This document shows, piece after piece, positions 35,545-47,855 of a DNA stretch of 64,000 nt. The notes below the pieces were generated by a model, which saw nothing but the letters and a program-made list of their open reading frames with translations, was not told where the DNA came from and made no database searches. The DNA is from Takakia lepidozioides (Eukaryota > Plantae > Bryophyta). The stretch covers positions 74,834,001 through 74,898,000 of the forward strand of contig CM060731.1 of assembly GCA_030704615.1 (NCBI GenBank). Direction: 5' to 3'. Positions within the stretch are counted from its first letter, which is position 1; each line of letters starts with the position of its first letter. The translations under genes were made by a program, and so were the position numbers.

Positions 35545-38500
35545 TTAGACCTTAAGGAAGACTGGTGCTGAGACTGTCTCTGCAGCATATAAATTCTTTA
35601 CCTCCTCTACATCTTCGTAGCTCCCCAAGAAAATCGGTGACCGTTCATGGATCTTTGAGGGGACAAGGTCAAGTGCCTGCGATCCAACCCAGATAAAAAA
35701 ATGAGCCAGACAAAATGAACTAAAACACTTGTATTAGAAGTGACATTCTTGCATGAGTTTCAAAGGTTGTCTGATTAGAAGCTCGACCTCAGCTCGACCC
35801 ATGATTTTATAACTCTGATCTCAACATGACTGACGCCTACCTTCATGACTAGCTGCTGCATTTGAGAAAAGATAAAAAAATATTTGCCCCAAGCAATTCA
35901 TCTAGCTGGCATGGTTTTTCAGCAATCCCATTTAAATTATACAATTTAGTAGAACAAAGTGGAGGTCTGATTCAAATTATAAGTTGCAGCCTGAGGAACA
36001 TACCCGTCCTTTCCCGGTGAATGCTTGACCTCCAGCTTGCTCCATAAGAAATGACATTGGGAAGACCTCATAGAGGACCCTGGCGGCCATTTCACAGGTT
36101 AGAAATATTGCACAAATCCAGCGACACAAATTCCAGCTAGTCAAAAAGTACCCACAACACAGAGATCTTCTTTTCACTGATGCACCATTACTTGCTCTGC
36201 TGAAAAAAATGTTGAATCCACTGCTTAGTATCTAGATGAATTTTGGAAGTACATGAAGACAGTAGGTGGTTACTCTCTCGCCTCTGAGCCAAGGTGAGAT
36301 ATTCAAGGCTACATTAGGTCGAAGGGTCTTACAGACTTTTGAAGGTCTAGATTTTGAAGCCACTTGATTTATTATTGCAGCCTCTCCACTACATTTTGTA
36401 TGCCAATCATATGCAAAAATGAGGACTAGCTACGAGGAAAGGTGGAGATATACCGAAGCTTGCCATTAGGGCTCTTCTTATCAGCGGGATACATGAAGAT
36501 ACCTCCATACAGCAGTGTCCTATGGACATCTGCTACCATGCTGCATCACCCATTGTAATCTTCAAGTTAGGATCAGACAACTAGAGTAGCAAATATCCCC
36601 CCTTGCACTGTATGCAATCTCAAAGTCCCTTGATGTCAAAATTTCGATGACCTCTCACATGCCAACTGCACCAGCAAGGGTAACTAAAATTACAAGATTG
36701 ATCTCCTCTTTCCTCCATAAGTAAATCAATCTTTTGATGAGGTACTACCTGCCAATGTATCTCAAAGACTTGGGAGATGAGCCATCTTTTGGGAACTTGG
36801 CTTTCTCAACATACCTGCACATAAACCCCTCAGTAATATCAGTAAACGAAACTGTCGTGCAGAGTTAACCACATGGGATAGCAACCCTTTGGGAACATAC
36901 GACCCAAGCCAACTCAGAGGTTCCTAGGGGGCTTGAGCAATAAATGGGCATGTCCTTTTGGTAGATCAAGTGCCTTGTCAGACAAAAGGCTGACCATGCT
37001 CGATAGGGAATTGCTTAAGCCTGTGTCTATCTAGGGGATATGACACCACTAAAGTCATTCAGAGCCTTCCCATTGTACACCTGGTATCATAAGTAAAGAT
37101 AGGGAACCTTCCTTGACACAGCTTACAGTTACTGATTTCCTATCTGAAACATTGGTTTAATACATCAAATTGCAAGCAACATAACAACTTACAATGTTGT
37201 GGGCTTGTCCCAGTTTTTGGCATTTCCTTCATTCACGGAGTAAATCTTTCCTTTCTTTGGAATCTGTGCACAGAAGTCTAGTGAGTATCCCAAAATTTGC
37301 AACTAGAAATTATTGTAGCACAATCAGTGAAAGAAAGAACTGAACCAGTTCAGGTCCAGTTTTAGGGCTGAATAGCTCATAGCTGTCAGATCTTCCCATC
37401 AGAGCTTGTAGTATCCTTGTGGTTTAGTCAGATTCTACTATTTAAGAATCCATATGTTTTAGATGCACCAGACAACGAGACAACCTAGTTCACGAAATCA
37501 GACTTCGTAGCAAACTAGGAGTCTATCCAAATTGCTCTGCATGCTCTTTCCACACAAAAACTTTGGAAAATAAGAACCTATATCTCCTTGTGCCAATCAC
37601 AGTGGGACACACGTCCCTTATATGCCTCTCTCTATGCCATCTGGGTAGGTCACTGGTGGGGTTTACCTCTGCCACCTCTTCCAAAGAAGAAATCATTTTT
37701 CCAAACAAAGGAAACAACGGCCCAAAGGGCTGGCTCCTTCGGCCTTTTGCAACAAAACCATTTCAACAACCCCTTCACCACCCAGTCCAGCACTCTGAAC
37801 AGAATCAGCAGAGTACCTTGATGTCAGGGTGTGTCAAGATGAACTCCCCAAGAGATGGGTCAAGGGTGAACCCATTCACTCCTGAGCCTGTGCTCAACAC
37901 CAACTGCAAAACACATTCCATTTGAGGCATTGCAACCCTCCCTCTAAACAGCAGAACACAGGTTAAGTTTGCTTCTCCCAGCTTTTCTTACTGTGTGTTA
38001 AGGATCCACCCTTTGATGGTGACTAGAAGACATAACATCCAAACATTTCTCGCTATGGTGAGCATCATCTGTATCCTTTCACATCATCTACTTCCTGCTA
38101 TAAATCCAATGAATTCTCAAAAGTACTCTCCCATGCTTGTGGGGACTCCATCCCCTAACGAATTTAAGCATTATTGCAAAACAGGCCAATTTCCTCATAC
38201 ACACATATTTTGTTTCGATTCTAAATATTCGTCACACATCTTGCCCCATAGGCTCTTTAGATTTCAAAGTCCTTTTCTTTCTTTTGTTCCTCCTCTGTTT
38301 ACTTCCTCTATACCATCCTGCCTCTCTATATCTCAACCCCTCTTCGTCCCTTTCTTGGTAATATGGTTAGAACCAAACCGTGCATGAGCTGCCATACATG
38401 CAATAGCCTGCAGCTACCATGGTGTGGCCAGGCTGAAGCACATCATCAACTGTGCCTACGCTTCCTTGCTTGAGCATGTATATGCCAAAGATCTGCATAA

Positions 38501-41392
38501 AGGCACAACTGGCATCTCAAACCGGAAATGAACAAATTAAAGTATTACAGTACCACTCACACCACCTTGAGAAGTGGAACTGTCACACAGGTTTTAATGA
38601 CTGCTACCAATCAATGGCTTCCACATGGTTCCTGTAGCTGCCCTGCAGGTGGAGGTCACTGTGGAGCAGGCTGCAGTACAACATCACAACTGACATAGCA
38701 AGTACATTCATGTAAATGCAGAATAAATGAGAGATAAGAAAAAGGGGACATGTGAAATAAGAAGCTGTGAACCTGTCTGGAAATTTAGTGGCAAAATGGA
38801 AGAATAGACTTCAAAGACCATCACAAAGGGAGAGAAATGCAAGCAAACAGACAAAGAGACAGAATTGCACCCTCGGACCTTCGCATCAATCACAGGACAC
38901 AAGACAATCTCTTAAACAGCCAGTATCTGGGTCAATGAACCATTGGATTGCCTCCAGTCAAGCAATTATTCCAATGGAAACAAAACACTGCTGTTAACCG
39001 CCATAGTTCCTTAGTGAAACCATAGGAAACCTTCTACTTCTGCAGATGAAAAGAGGGGGGGGGGTCCAGGGAAGGTAGTCCAATCCTGGGCCAAAAAAGG
39101 CAAGTGGGAAGTTTACCGTGCCAATGGAGACGCCACAATCAATGTTGGAGGACCCATCAAGTGGGTCAAACACAACACAGTACCTGAGAAAACCATGATG
39201 TCCATCAAGGGAAAGCACTGTTTCAGTCTTGCAGAGAAGATGAAGAAATGCAACATATCAATTCAATACATGCCATCAAGATAAGCACAAGAAAGCTGCT
39301 GTTAGGAATAAGGATATGCCCTCTTCAACATCACAGGTACCTGAAATTCACAATTTGTAGCAACATACCTCCCACGTTTAGAAGGTTCCACAAAAATTGC
39401 TTCTTCATTCTCTTCTGATACTAGGACATTCTGCAACAGAAAAGAGGAGTCGAAGTTACATACCCAGTAAGTCGTTATGAGAGACACCGAATGTGTCCTT
39501 CTGTGGCCAAGAGGGTCCACAAACCAAGGGTCATAGAAAAGAGAGAAGGAAGTCAAAATTCACTACGTCCACAGAAGTCCATGGTAGAATGAGGAAAAAG
39601 TGTGTTAAAACGTACCAACAGTACCTCAGACAAAGAACGAGAGAGAGAGAGAGAGAGAGAATCCATGGCTGTACTCGGAACTATTCAGGATAAATGGCAG
39701 GTCCCTTCTAATGACTAATGCCCATAGGAAAACACCCCGGGTAGGGTGCAAGATAACCTCTAAAGCAGTGAAAATCACAGTGAACTGGAGACTGCACAAA
39801 AAAGAACATTAAGAAACTATGGAATGGAGGGAAAGGATGTGTTAATAACGTACAGTGCGGCCACTACTGACAAGTGCATTGATGAACACATCATTGGACA
39901 GCACATCCAGCTTCTTTTGTTCCTCCCCCTATCCCCGCCAACAGCCATGCATACCATTAGCATGCTTGAACCCTGACACCAGTAAGGTCATCCGCAGAAT
40001 ACTCCAACCATTTGACTTCAAATTGATCTCAATTATTGTATGAGAATGCACAACCATTCGTGCAAAAAGTTAAAAGAGATTTGTAAAGGTCAAACAAGGT
40101 CACAAGAAAGGAATTGCAAGAGGAGCACACACTCCTTGGAATGGAGCACACAGTTTGAAAACCAAAGCATGAAGAACTGTCATAAGGCTTCTCTCTTTCA
40201 TCGGTCTGTCTCTCTCTGTGTATCAAAAGGGGAACTTGGCAAGTGATTGAGGACAGGAATAACAACAATGGATGGAATGCCACGGCAGTCTGGCGATGCA
40301 TCATTTAAAGAGTGGTGAGAAATACTTGAGCATGAAGGACTAGGAGTATTCCAAGAGAAAGAAGGCTAAACCTGCACATTGGTCTCGCCTGCCAGACCAA
40401 TAAGTTTTGCCAACCCTGCCTGTGCCCAATCCCAATAATCCTCTCAGCATTTCACCAAGATCACAGCTTGAGATGGACGACACAAAAAGGTATGCAGCTC
40501 TTGGAGGCCCACATCAAAGTTTTCTTACGTGAAAAATAAGTTAACAGGGCAGAGATGTGGACCAGAATGGTCGTCATTTATTGAAGTTGTCAACGCCACT
40601 TTAAGGCGACTCATGAAGAAAAATGGATCACAGAACTCTCAGCTCAAGTTCAGATAAATATCTGCAGTTCAAGGATGAAACAAGATACAGTCCACAAACT
40701 GCGGTTCTCTGAAGTGTCCGAACCCATAAAGTAGACGTGAGCATTTAGAACTTGCATCCGAAAAGGGTATTTGCGAATTTGAGAAACTTCAACAACGCAA
40801 CTTCCAACCTCACCTAACGATTTTGAGCTCTGAGTTTTAATGCTATTTCAATTAGTAACGGCTTTGAAATTTAACATGCCTTCCGAAATGGATAAACTTC
40901 CAAGTGAAACGCAGAATACCAATTCTGGATCTCAAGATAGATGCAGACTCCAACATTTAGGTCTAAGTAAAATTCGTAGAAAAGCGTGGAAAAAGCTGAC
41001 ATGGAACTCCCTTAAAATTCGATCAATTAGTCAGTAAGCGCACAATTAGACAGACACGGACACAAGCGCAGACAGAGCGAATGATAGACAACAGTCCAAA
41101 AGAGACAGGAGGAAATGACCTGAGGAAAGCTGCAATGACATGAAAACAAAGAAGCGACCACGACATTACAATACCGTCAAAACTGATTTGAGTGCGACCA
41201 GATAGGAATTCAATAGAAGCAGCAAGACATAACCTTGCTGACAGAGGAGCAGACGAATTTGCAACCAAGAACGATGTTGTTCAGCAGGATGGTGAGATCA
41301 CCGCGCGCCTCAGGAAAATTGCTCTGCTCATTCAGCACGAACCTGGTAATGGTCATCAGATCCGTCCTCATGGCATCCGCGGCGTGATCCAT
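35545..41392 (-). CDS. cFBP: Cytosolic fructose-1,6-bisphosphatase. Exons: 41234-41392, 40372-40419, 39854-39928, 39369-39430, 39117-39183, 38379-38492, 37817-37903, 37193-37263, 36749-36814, 36454-36540, 36004-36079, 35545-35676 (~347 aa)
   Basis: [82 protein letters not shown] and [25 protein letters not shown] introns, 1044 nt in frame and no transit peptide. Confidence 0.96.
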
Positions 41393-41689
41393 GGCTGCCG
41401 CGCTCGAAAGAGCAAACCACCTCTTGCCACAGCACAATCTGCGTCAGTGTTATTTCTCCAATTTCCCAACACAATCCTCTGCGTCTCTTACTAAATGATT
41501 TGTGACTTCATCTTCCACCTCGCGATCTCCTTGCGTTGAGTATGCACATGAGCGAAAAGAGGGGACGGGCAGGCTCGGGATAGGCTAGGTCCCGTGGGGA
41601 GCGAACTAGTTTTGGTTCAGGATAGGTCTGGAGATAGGTTCGGTTCGATTTTAGATAATTATAATTTCTAGTGACTATTTTAAAGCTTC

Positions 41690-42085
41690 CATGAAATTGG
41701 CACGTGGCGGATTCAGGAGCTTATATATTGCAGCTACAAACGAGAGCGTCTGGAAATCCGCCACGTGGAAAGTATATTCTAAATTTCGGCCGCACTTGCC
41801 CAATCCTAAGCCGAGCCATAAATTTCGAATCCACCTTTTCATTCATCCATTAGTAACAGAACACGCCATGGCCAAGCGACGGTGCCTAGCCCACAGCGAT
41901 AGCTTTCATTATCCATCCCTACCTGTGCGTGGCATACAACCGGCTTTGGCAAGTGAGGCCCAGGATCGCCAAAAGCCAAGGGCCCATACATTTACATGAT
42001 CGAGAGTGCCACATGGCGTTTCTTCAGTGGCCAAACCACCCATATGCGGGTGCCACATAAGGGGCCTAGGTCACACGTGTATTTT
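41690..42085 (-). promoter_or_regulatory. G-box/ABRE cluster upstream of cFBP
   Basis: ggCACGTGgc (~41699), gcCACGTGga (~41760), caCACGTGta (~42072) and the variant gccacatggc (~42008), all 300-700 bp upstream of the ATG. Confidence 0.45.
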
Positions 42086-42624
42086 AGAAAAATCGAAAAA
42101 TTGAAAATCAGTCCCGGGGTCACTTTCTTGGTCACAATGTAACGGTCTGGGTTGTTGGGAATCCGCAGCAAGTCTGATCTGTTTCATCGCAAGGATGTGA
42201 GAGCAAGTGTTCTTCAAGGCTATATTCAAGAGATTTTCCCATACAGTCGCTACAGATTGACCTGAGTTTCTTCACTCTTGAATTCCCCAGTTTCCTTCAG
42301 TATCAGAGTATTTCGTGACTGCCACTTCTGCATTGTTTTTGATTTTTTAGACTGCACTTTCAGAATCATCTTCAGAGTCGCTCACACCTGTCATCCCGAG
42401 GTTAGCACTTAAAACTTGTATTTAAACTCTTCTCTTTCTTCTCCCGTCACCGAGCCACATCACACTGCCCTCACACTGCCTCCTGAACTCGATCAGAATG
42501 CCATCATCCTACGAGGCTTTGCACACTCCACCTCCAAAACTGTGAGCTCATCACAACAAGGGAAAATCCCAGAACGTTCACCGTCAATCAGGTAGGTACC
42601 GAGAACGCATCCCCTCTTCTACTG

Positions 42625-44480
42625 ATTGGAATTGTACATATGTGAGAAGCTGAGACTTAAGTTACAAGAAGTCACTCAATGAAGATACCATAGCTAGGTT
42701 GTATTTATAAGAGATGCTTTCATGAACTAAAAAAAGAGCTCAATGTCTCTTTCCGAATTTAAGGAGTTCAGTACACTCAATACAGATATTATTTAGATCA
42801 CATGTGTACAATCCCATATTGGTATCAGAGCATTGCAGTTGGAGACGACAAAGCTATGAAACAGTGTGTGCGAAAGCTAACCTTTCATTGTATTGAAGAC
42901 TAAGAAATTCTACGGATTTCTTGAAGGAGCGAAGGATGATGAAAATATCAATCTTGAATGGAGGTCGTGAAGGTCTGCAAATGATACGGACCACGGACTG
43001 CATCGACTTTCTTAAGCATATACCATGAAACCAAAGATTTCAAGACTCTTCAAAGGTTAGCAAGGGGATTTATAAACTATTGAATGTTTTGCTGCTAGGG
43101 AAGTGTTGGAGTCTAAAGTTGCAGCGTGCAGTGGTAGCAGTGGTAGCATTCAACGACAGAGGAGAGGGAGGAAGTGATCTTAAGTGGCAGTGGGGTAGCC
43201 AAGAGATCCCGGTCCTCCCTTCCTACACTTACCTGGGCGTTGAGTTTTCCTCCAATTGTAATTGGGATGCACATATCCGGAAAGTTGTTCAAACTGGCAA
43301 GGGCAAAGCTCTGGGGCTCACTAAATTTTTCCACTGCAGAGGGGTCAACTCTGAGGTTAAGAAAACTATGCTTTTGTCGCGTTATTAGACCTGCCTTGGA
43401 GTACGGATCTGCAATATGGGTTGATAACTCCAACCAGGCTAAGTCTCTAGAATCCATTCAAGTGGGGGTGCTTAAGGAGTGTATGTCAGCATGCTCCAAA
43501 ACAGCCAATGTGGCTGTTCGGGGTGAGTTTGGCATTCCGTCCTTAAGCTCCCGACAAGATGAATTCAAGGTCAGATGGTGAGGTCAGCTGCAACATATGT
43601 CCAACACCAGATATCCTGAGTTAATCGACTCTATATCTTGGAAACAGGACCGCCCTGTCAAACAGGCGAAGTCCTGGCAGAAGAGAGTAGAAAAGATTCT
43701 CAAGGACCTGGACCTGGATCCGCAAGTCTTGACCCTGCTGCATAAATCTGACGTAGAGGCTGTAGTATCCAAAGCCATGTCTGTTGCCATGAGATTGTCT
43801 GTTGAGAATGAAGTTAGGCAGAAAACTTCCCTGAACTTGTTTCCAGTCAGTGACATGGGGGAGGACATCTTGGATGACCTCAAGGGTCTACCCACTCTCG
43901 GTTTTAAACTCGGGGCAGGAAGCCTACCTTTGAACAGCAAACAGAAGCAGAGAGGAAAGGGAGAGTGCAATTGCCCATTGTGTGGGCAATCTGAAGACAG
44001 TATTCATTTTCTGATACACTGTCCGGGTTCTCTCACCAAAGAGACGCTCTCTTCAAATCTATCAAGGGAATTGTGCCTGTACCCCTGTTTACCAACTTTG
44101 AAAGTCTCGAGGCGAGCCAAAAGCCCAGGCCATGGCCTGAGGCCTAGTTTTTGGGCAAATCACACATAGCATATTGATGCTTGTGTGAAGGGATTTCTAG
44201 AGGATATCTGGAAAACCCGGATTAATTCTATATATGAAGGTAAGTCTTACTACCAACGTCAGCCCCTGACAGAGGTAGGTCTAAAGTTGCAGCTGCAACA
44301 TTCAACTACTACAACCCTTTAATACAAAAAGTCATTTGTAGGTTGTATTTGTATTTATAAGAAGATAGACCTTTTGATGTAAAAAGAGCTTTGTCTCTCT
44401 CTCATTGTAAGGATCAATATACTCAAGGAGTTCAATATATATTGGAATTGTACACAGGTGAGAAGAGACTAAGTTACATG
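42625..44480 (+). mobile_element. Short non-autonomous LTR element (TRIM-like) whose 3' LTR is interrupted by a LINE; related pieces on the minus strand at ~44560-44700, 45510-45565 and 46170-46500
   Basis: PBS tggtatcagagc at 42820-42831, a ~270-bp non-coding interior, and a purine tract then TG at 43104. The reverse complement of 46240-46370 resembles 43020-43125. Confidence 0.6.
43126..44278 (+). mobile_element. Second copy of the LINE, truncated at both 5' and 3' ends
   Basis: Highly similar to ~4368-5520. 15-bp TSD gtctaaagttgcagc at 43111-43125 and 44279-44293. Confidence 0.92.
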
Positions 44481-46989
44481 AGAAATAGTACCAGGGCCGC
44501 TGTCCCCTGTTGGTTTAAAAAATAAAAATAAAAATAAAAATATATCTATATTGATGAACTCCAAGTTATAAAACTCCTTTGTAGAACTCTTTATAATGAG
44601 AGAGAGAAAACTCCTTGTACAATAGGTCTGTACTGTACAAATACAACCAATGGTATCTATTTTAAGTTACTTCTTATAATATCACATGATGTTTTTTTTT
44701 TTTTTAAAGCACTATTATAATATAGATGGTCATGGTCTTGTACACAGCTCAAGCAATGAGCATAGAATGGCGCTAGCTGGAGTTTGTCTCACATCCTCAG
44801 TCGCAATGGTAGGACTCGGGGGGTATAGGTAGAAGAGAGAGTAATGGTGGTATGTCCAGATTCCTGTTGGTATTGGTGAGGTGTGTTTCCACTGTAGGGG
44901 CGCCGCCGCCTGTGGAGGATATGTCGATGGCAGCTGGTGGTGGTGTGATGTTAGGGCCCCCATAGAGCCCGCTGCGGTGAATGAGAGCAGCGAATGGGGC
45001 AGCAGTGAATGGGAGTTCAAGTAGAGCCAGCGGCTGGTGAGCCTTTGGGTGTGCATTCTCTGCGATAATGGCCGCGCCTTGCCCTGTTGGTTGATTGAGC
45101 CTGCATGGGGGGGGTGGGTAGCTTTTCAAGTACCTTATTTGCATGCTCGTAGAAGAGTGCTAAGTTAGCACCTAGATTCTTGGTGATGGAATACTGGAGC
45201 GACAGGAGGTCAGTGTGATGTCCTTCCTGCCGGGCGGCCATGCTGATTGAGACCCTATTTTCCATGGCCACTCAATCCTCTTTGATATCTGTCTCGATGG
45301 AGATGGCCTGAGCGGCTAGTTGCTTGTTGATTTCTGCCATTAGTGAGTCGTGGCCTTGTTTTTTGGTTTGAGGTCGTCTTGGAGCTGATTCAGGCCCTTG
45401 GTCACTAACATGAGCACGTCGTGTTCCGCTACGACTTCCTGGGGCATAACGGCGAGGCCAGTTACACTGGCACGACGTGAGCAGAGCTGCGGTTTTATGA
45501 GGGCAGTTTAAATATGAAGGGTTGTAGTTGTTGAATCTTGCAGCTATGCAACTGTAAATTGCAACACGGCCGACTACACAGTTTGGTGCAAAGCCTACAT
45601 AACATTTTGAACCCTCAAGTTCATTTGCTAGCTAGCAGCTAATAAGCACATTTAATTAGGACAATCTCCAATAAATCCTAAGATACATGCATGTGACAAT
45701 GCATCCCAGACCTATTGAAGTACTTATCTAGGTACAAAGCCCCATAACGTTTTCTGTTGAAAGCGTAGAAGACTAAGTAATTACAAGATAAATAGTATAT
45801 TTTATTAAGTATATCTAGAACTCTCCTTAGTAGCACGCCAACGGAATGATGGGCGGAAACGTCCACACCCTTGCACTGAACCCTATATCCCATGAAAAGC
45901 GGGCACTGAATATCGTTCCGTGCAGTGAACCCGAGAGCTGTATTCAGGGCCCCAAATACACCCCTGAATCCAAGTCAACGTGACTAACACATGCGTGTCA
46001 GCAGCTTGGCAATGAGCACGGCCCTCCTGCCAATGGGAGCTGAGCTACGCGGGGATAGCGTGGGCGATTCAGGGGCAAGGGTGTGCGCTAGGAGGGGCTG
46101 CCTCGCCACAGAACCCAACAGGCCCTGAATCCATTACAGGGAGTCTTTTGGGCTCAAGGGTGGGGATGCTCTTTACAACATATGATAATGATCTATGTTA
46201 TGTGACTTCTTATATATACACCCCAAATAGATATGAAGAGTTGTAGTTGTTGAATGTTGGAGCTACAACTTTGCATTCCAACACTCTCCCAGAGTGGAAA
46301 CATTTAATAATCTATAATCCCCTTTGCTAATCTCCAAATCTTCTTGAAATGTTTGGTTTCATGGTCCGAATTTTAAGAAAAATGATTTAAGAAGTTGTTT
46401 CTTGTAGTACTCCGTATCAATTGTAATTTTCATCTTCCTTAATTAGCTCCTTAAAAAATCCATAGATTTTCTGAGTCTTCAATACAGTGCAGTACTTTTC
46501 GTTTCCAACGCTTTTGATCTAAGTGACCCATTTTCAATTATGACACACGACATCATTTTTCTTCTTGAATTTTCCATGTACATATACTACATTTTCATTT
46601 GTCTCATATTAGAGTGCAGTCACCATCCTATACATAGTCAGTTTTGCCCCGTTTTGAATTGCTTACAAGTATAATCCCTCTATAACTCTCCTGCTAAGAT
46701 AGTCCAAGATAGTGGCTATCGCTACTAATTTTTCTCTGTATGTGCTAAAGCTCTTTTTCTTTTTTTCTTTTTTTTTGGAGAAAGGGGACTCAGGCCTGCT
46801 TGAACTTTATTTATAATTATTGGAGGGAAATAAGTTAAAACCCTCGGGTGCCAAAGGCTGCCATAAGGCATTTCACACGGGAGGCCGTGCCAGATAACGA
46901 AGAACAAAGCTATTTGAGATGTTGTTCTACTGGATGTTTTTCTCCATTCTTAAATAAGTATATAAAAAGACTTAATTTTATACATTTTA

Positions 46990-47600
46990 GATAATATTAC
47001 CCTTTTACTGAAAAACATTTGTATGCTTCAAGTGTGATGTTTTCACGTCCTCAAGTGGTTATCATCCACATTCATCATTATTGTATTTCTAATGTAGATG
47101 TCATATATTCTACTTCTGTTGAAGATAGAGGAATCGTCGTTTGTGGTTTGCTAGTCCAACTTATAGCTCCTTCAGATAGAATAAGAACATATCATGATGT
47201 CAATTTTCTGCTGTCAATATCCTCGGCCCCATCTACTTCTAAATAACCGTGGCACACCATCTTTGGTACGGTTTTAGAACTTAAGTTGGAGCTTTCTTTG
47301 TAGAGAAGTCCATGATCTGATGTTCCTTTAAAATATCGAAAGATCTTTTTCCTGAAGACCACTGAGCAATTCCAGGATTGGCCATGTATTGCAATACGAC
47401 TCCAACTGCATAAGCAATGTTGGGCCGTGTGCATACCATAGCATACATCAAGCTCCCAACACCAGACTGATAGGGCACATCAGCTATTTTCCGCCTTTGT
47501 GCTTCTGTACTTTGAGACTGATATTTAGTTAGTTCGTTGTTTAGTTAGTTAGTTAATCCGAATTCAAATGAGGCATTGACTGGTTTATATGCCTCCATGC
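46990..47600 (-). mobile_element. Ty1/copia RT-RNaseH fragment
   Basis: PYQSGVGSLMYAMVCTRPNIAYAVG; IFRYFKGT. Confidence 0.8.
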
Positions 47601-47604
47601 CTCC

Positions 47605-47855
47605 GAAGAGCAGCGTTTAACAACCTTGGATGATGTACGAGCTTATATGTTGGACGATGAAATCCTTCGGTATAAGGATCGAATCTCTATTCCACAAGCT
47701 GGAGAATGGCGCATGAAGTTATTGCTTGATCATCATTCGTCCAATACTGGTCATTTTGGAGTAGCTAAAAGCTACGAGTTCTTAAAACGAACTTATCATT
47801 GGCCATTCATGCTTAAGGATGTGAAGATATTCATTCGGGCATGTATAAGGTGTGA
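47605..47855 (+). mobile_element. Ty3/gypsy integrase zinc-binding (H2C2) fragment
   Basis: LRYKDRISIP..HHS..TGHFGVAKSYE.LKR.YHWP.M.KDV..FIRACIRC. Confidence 0.8.
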
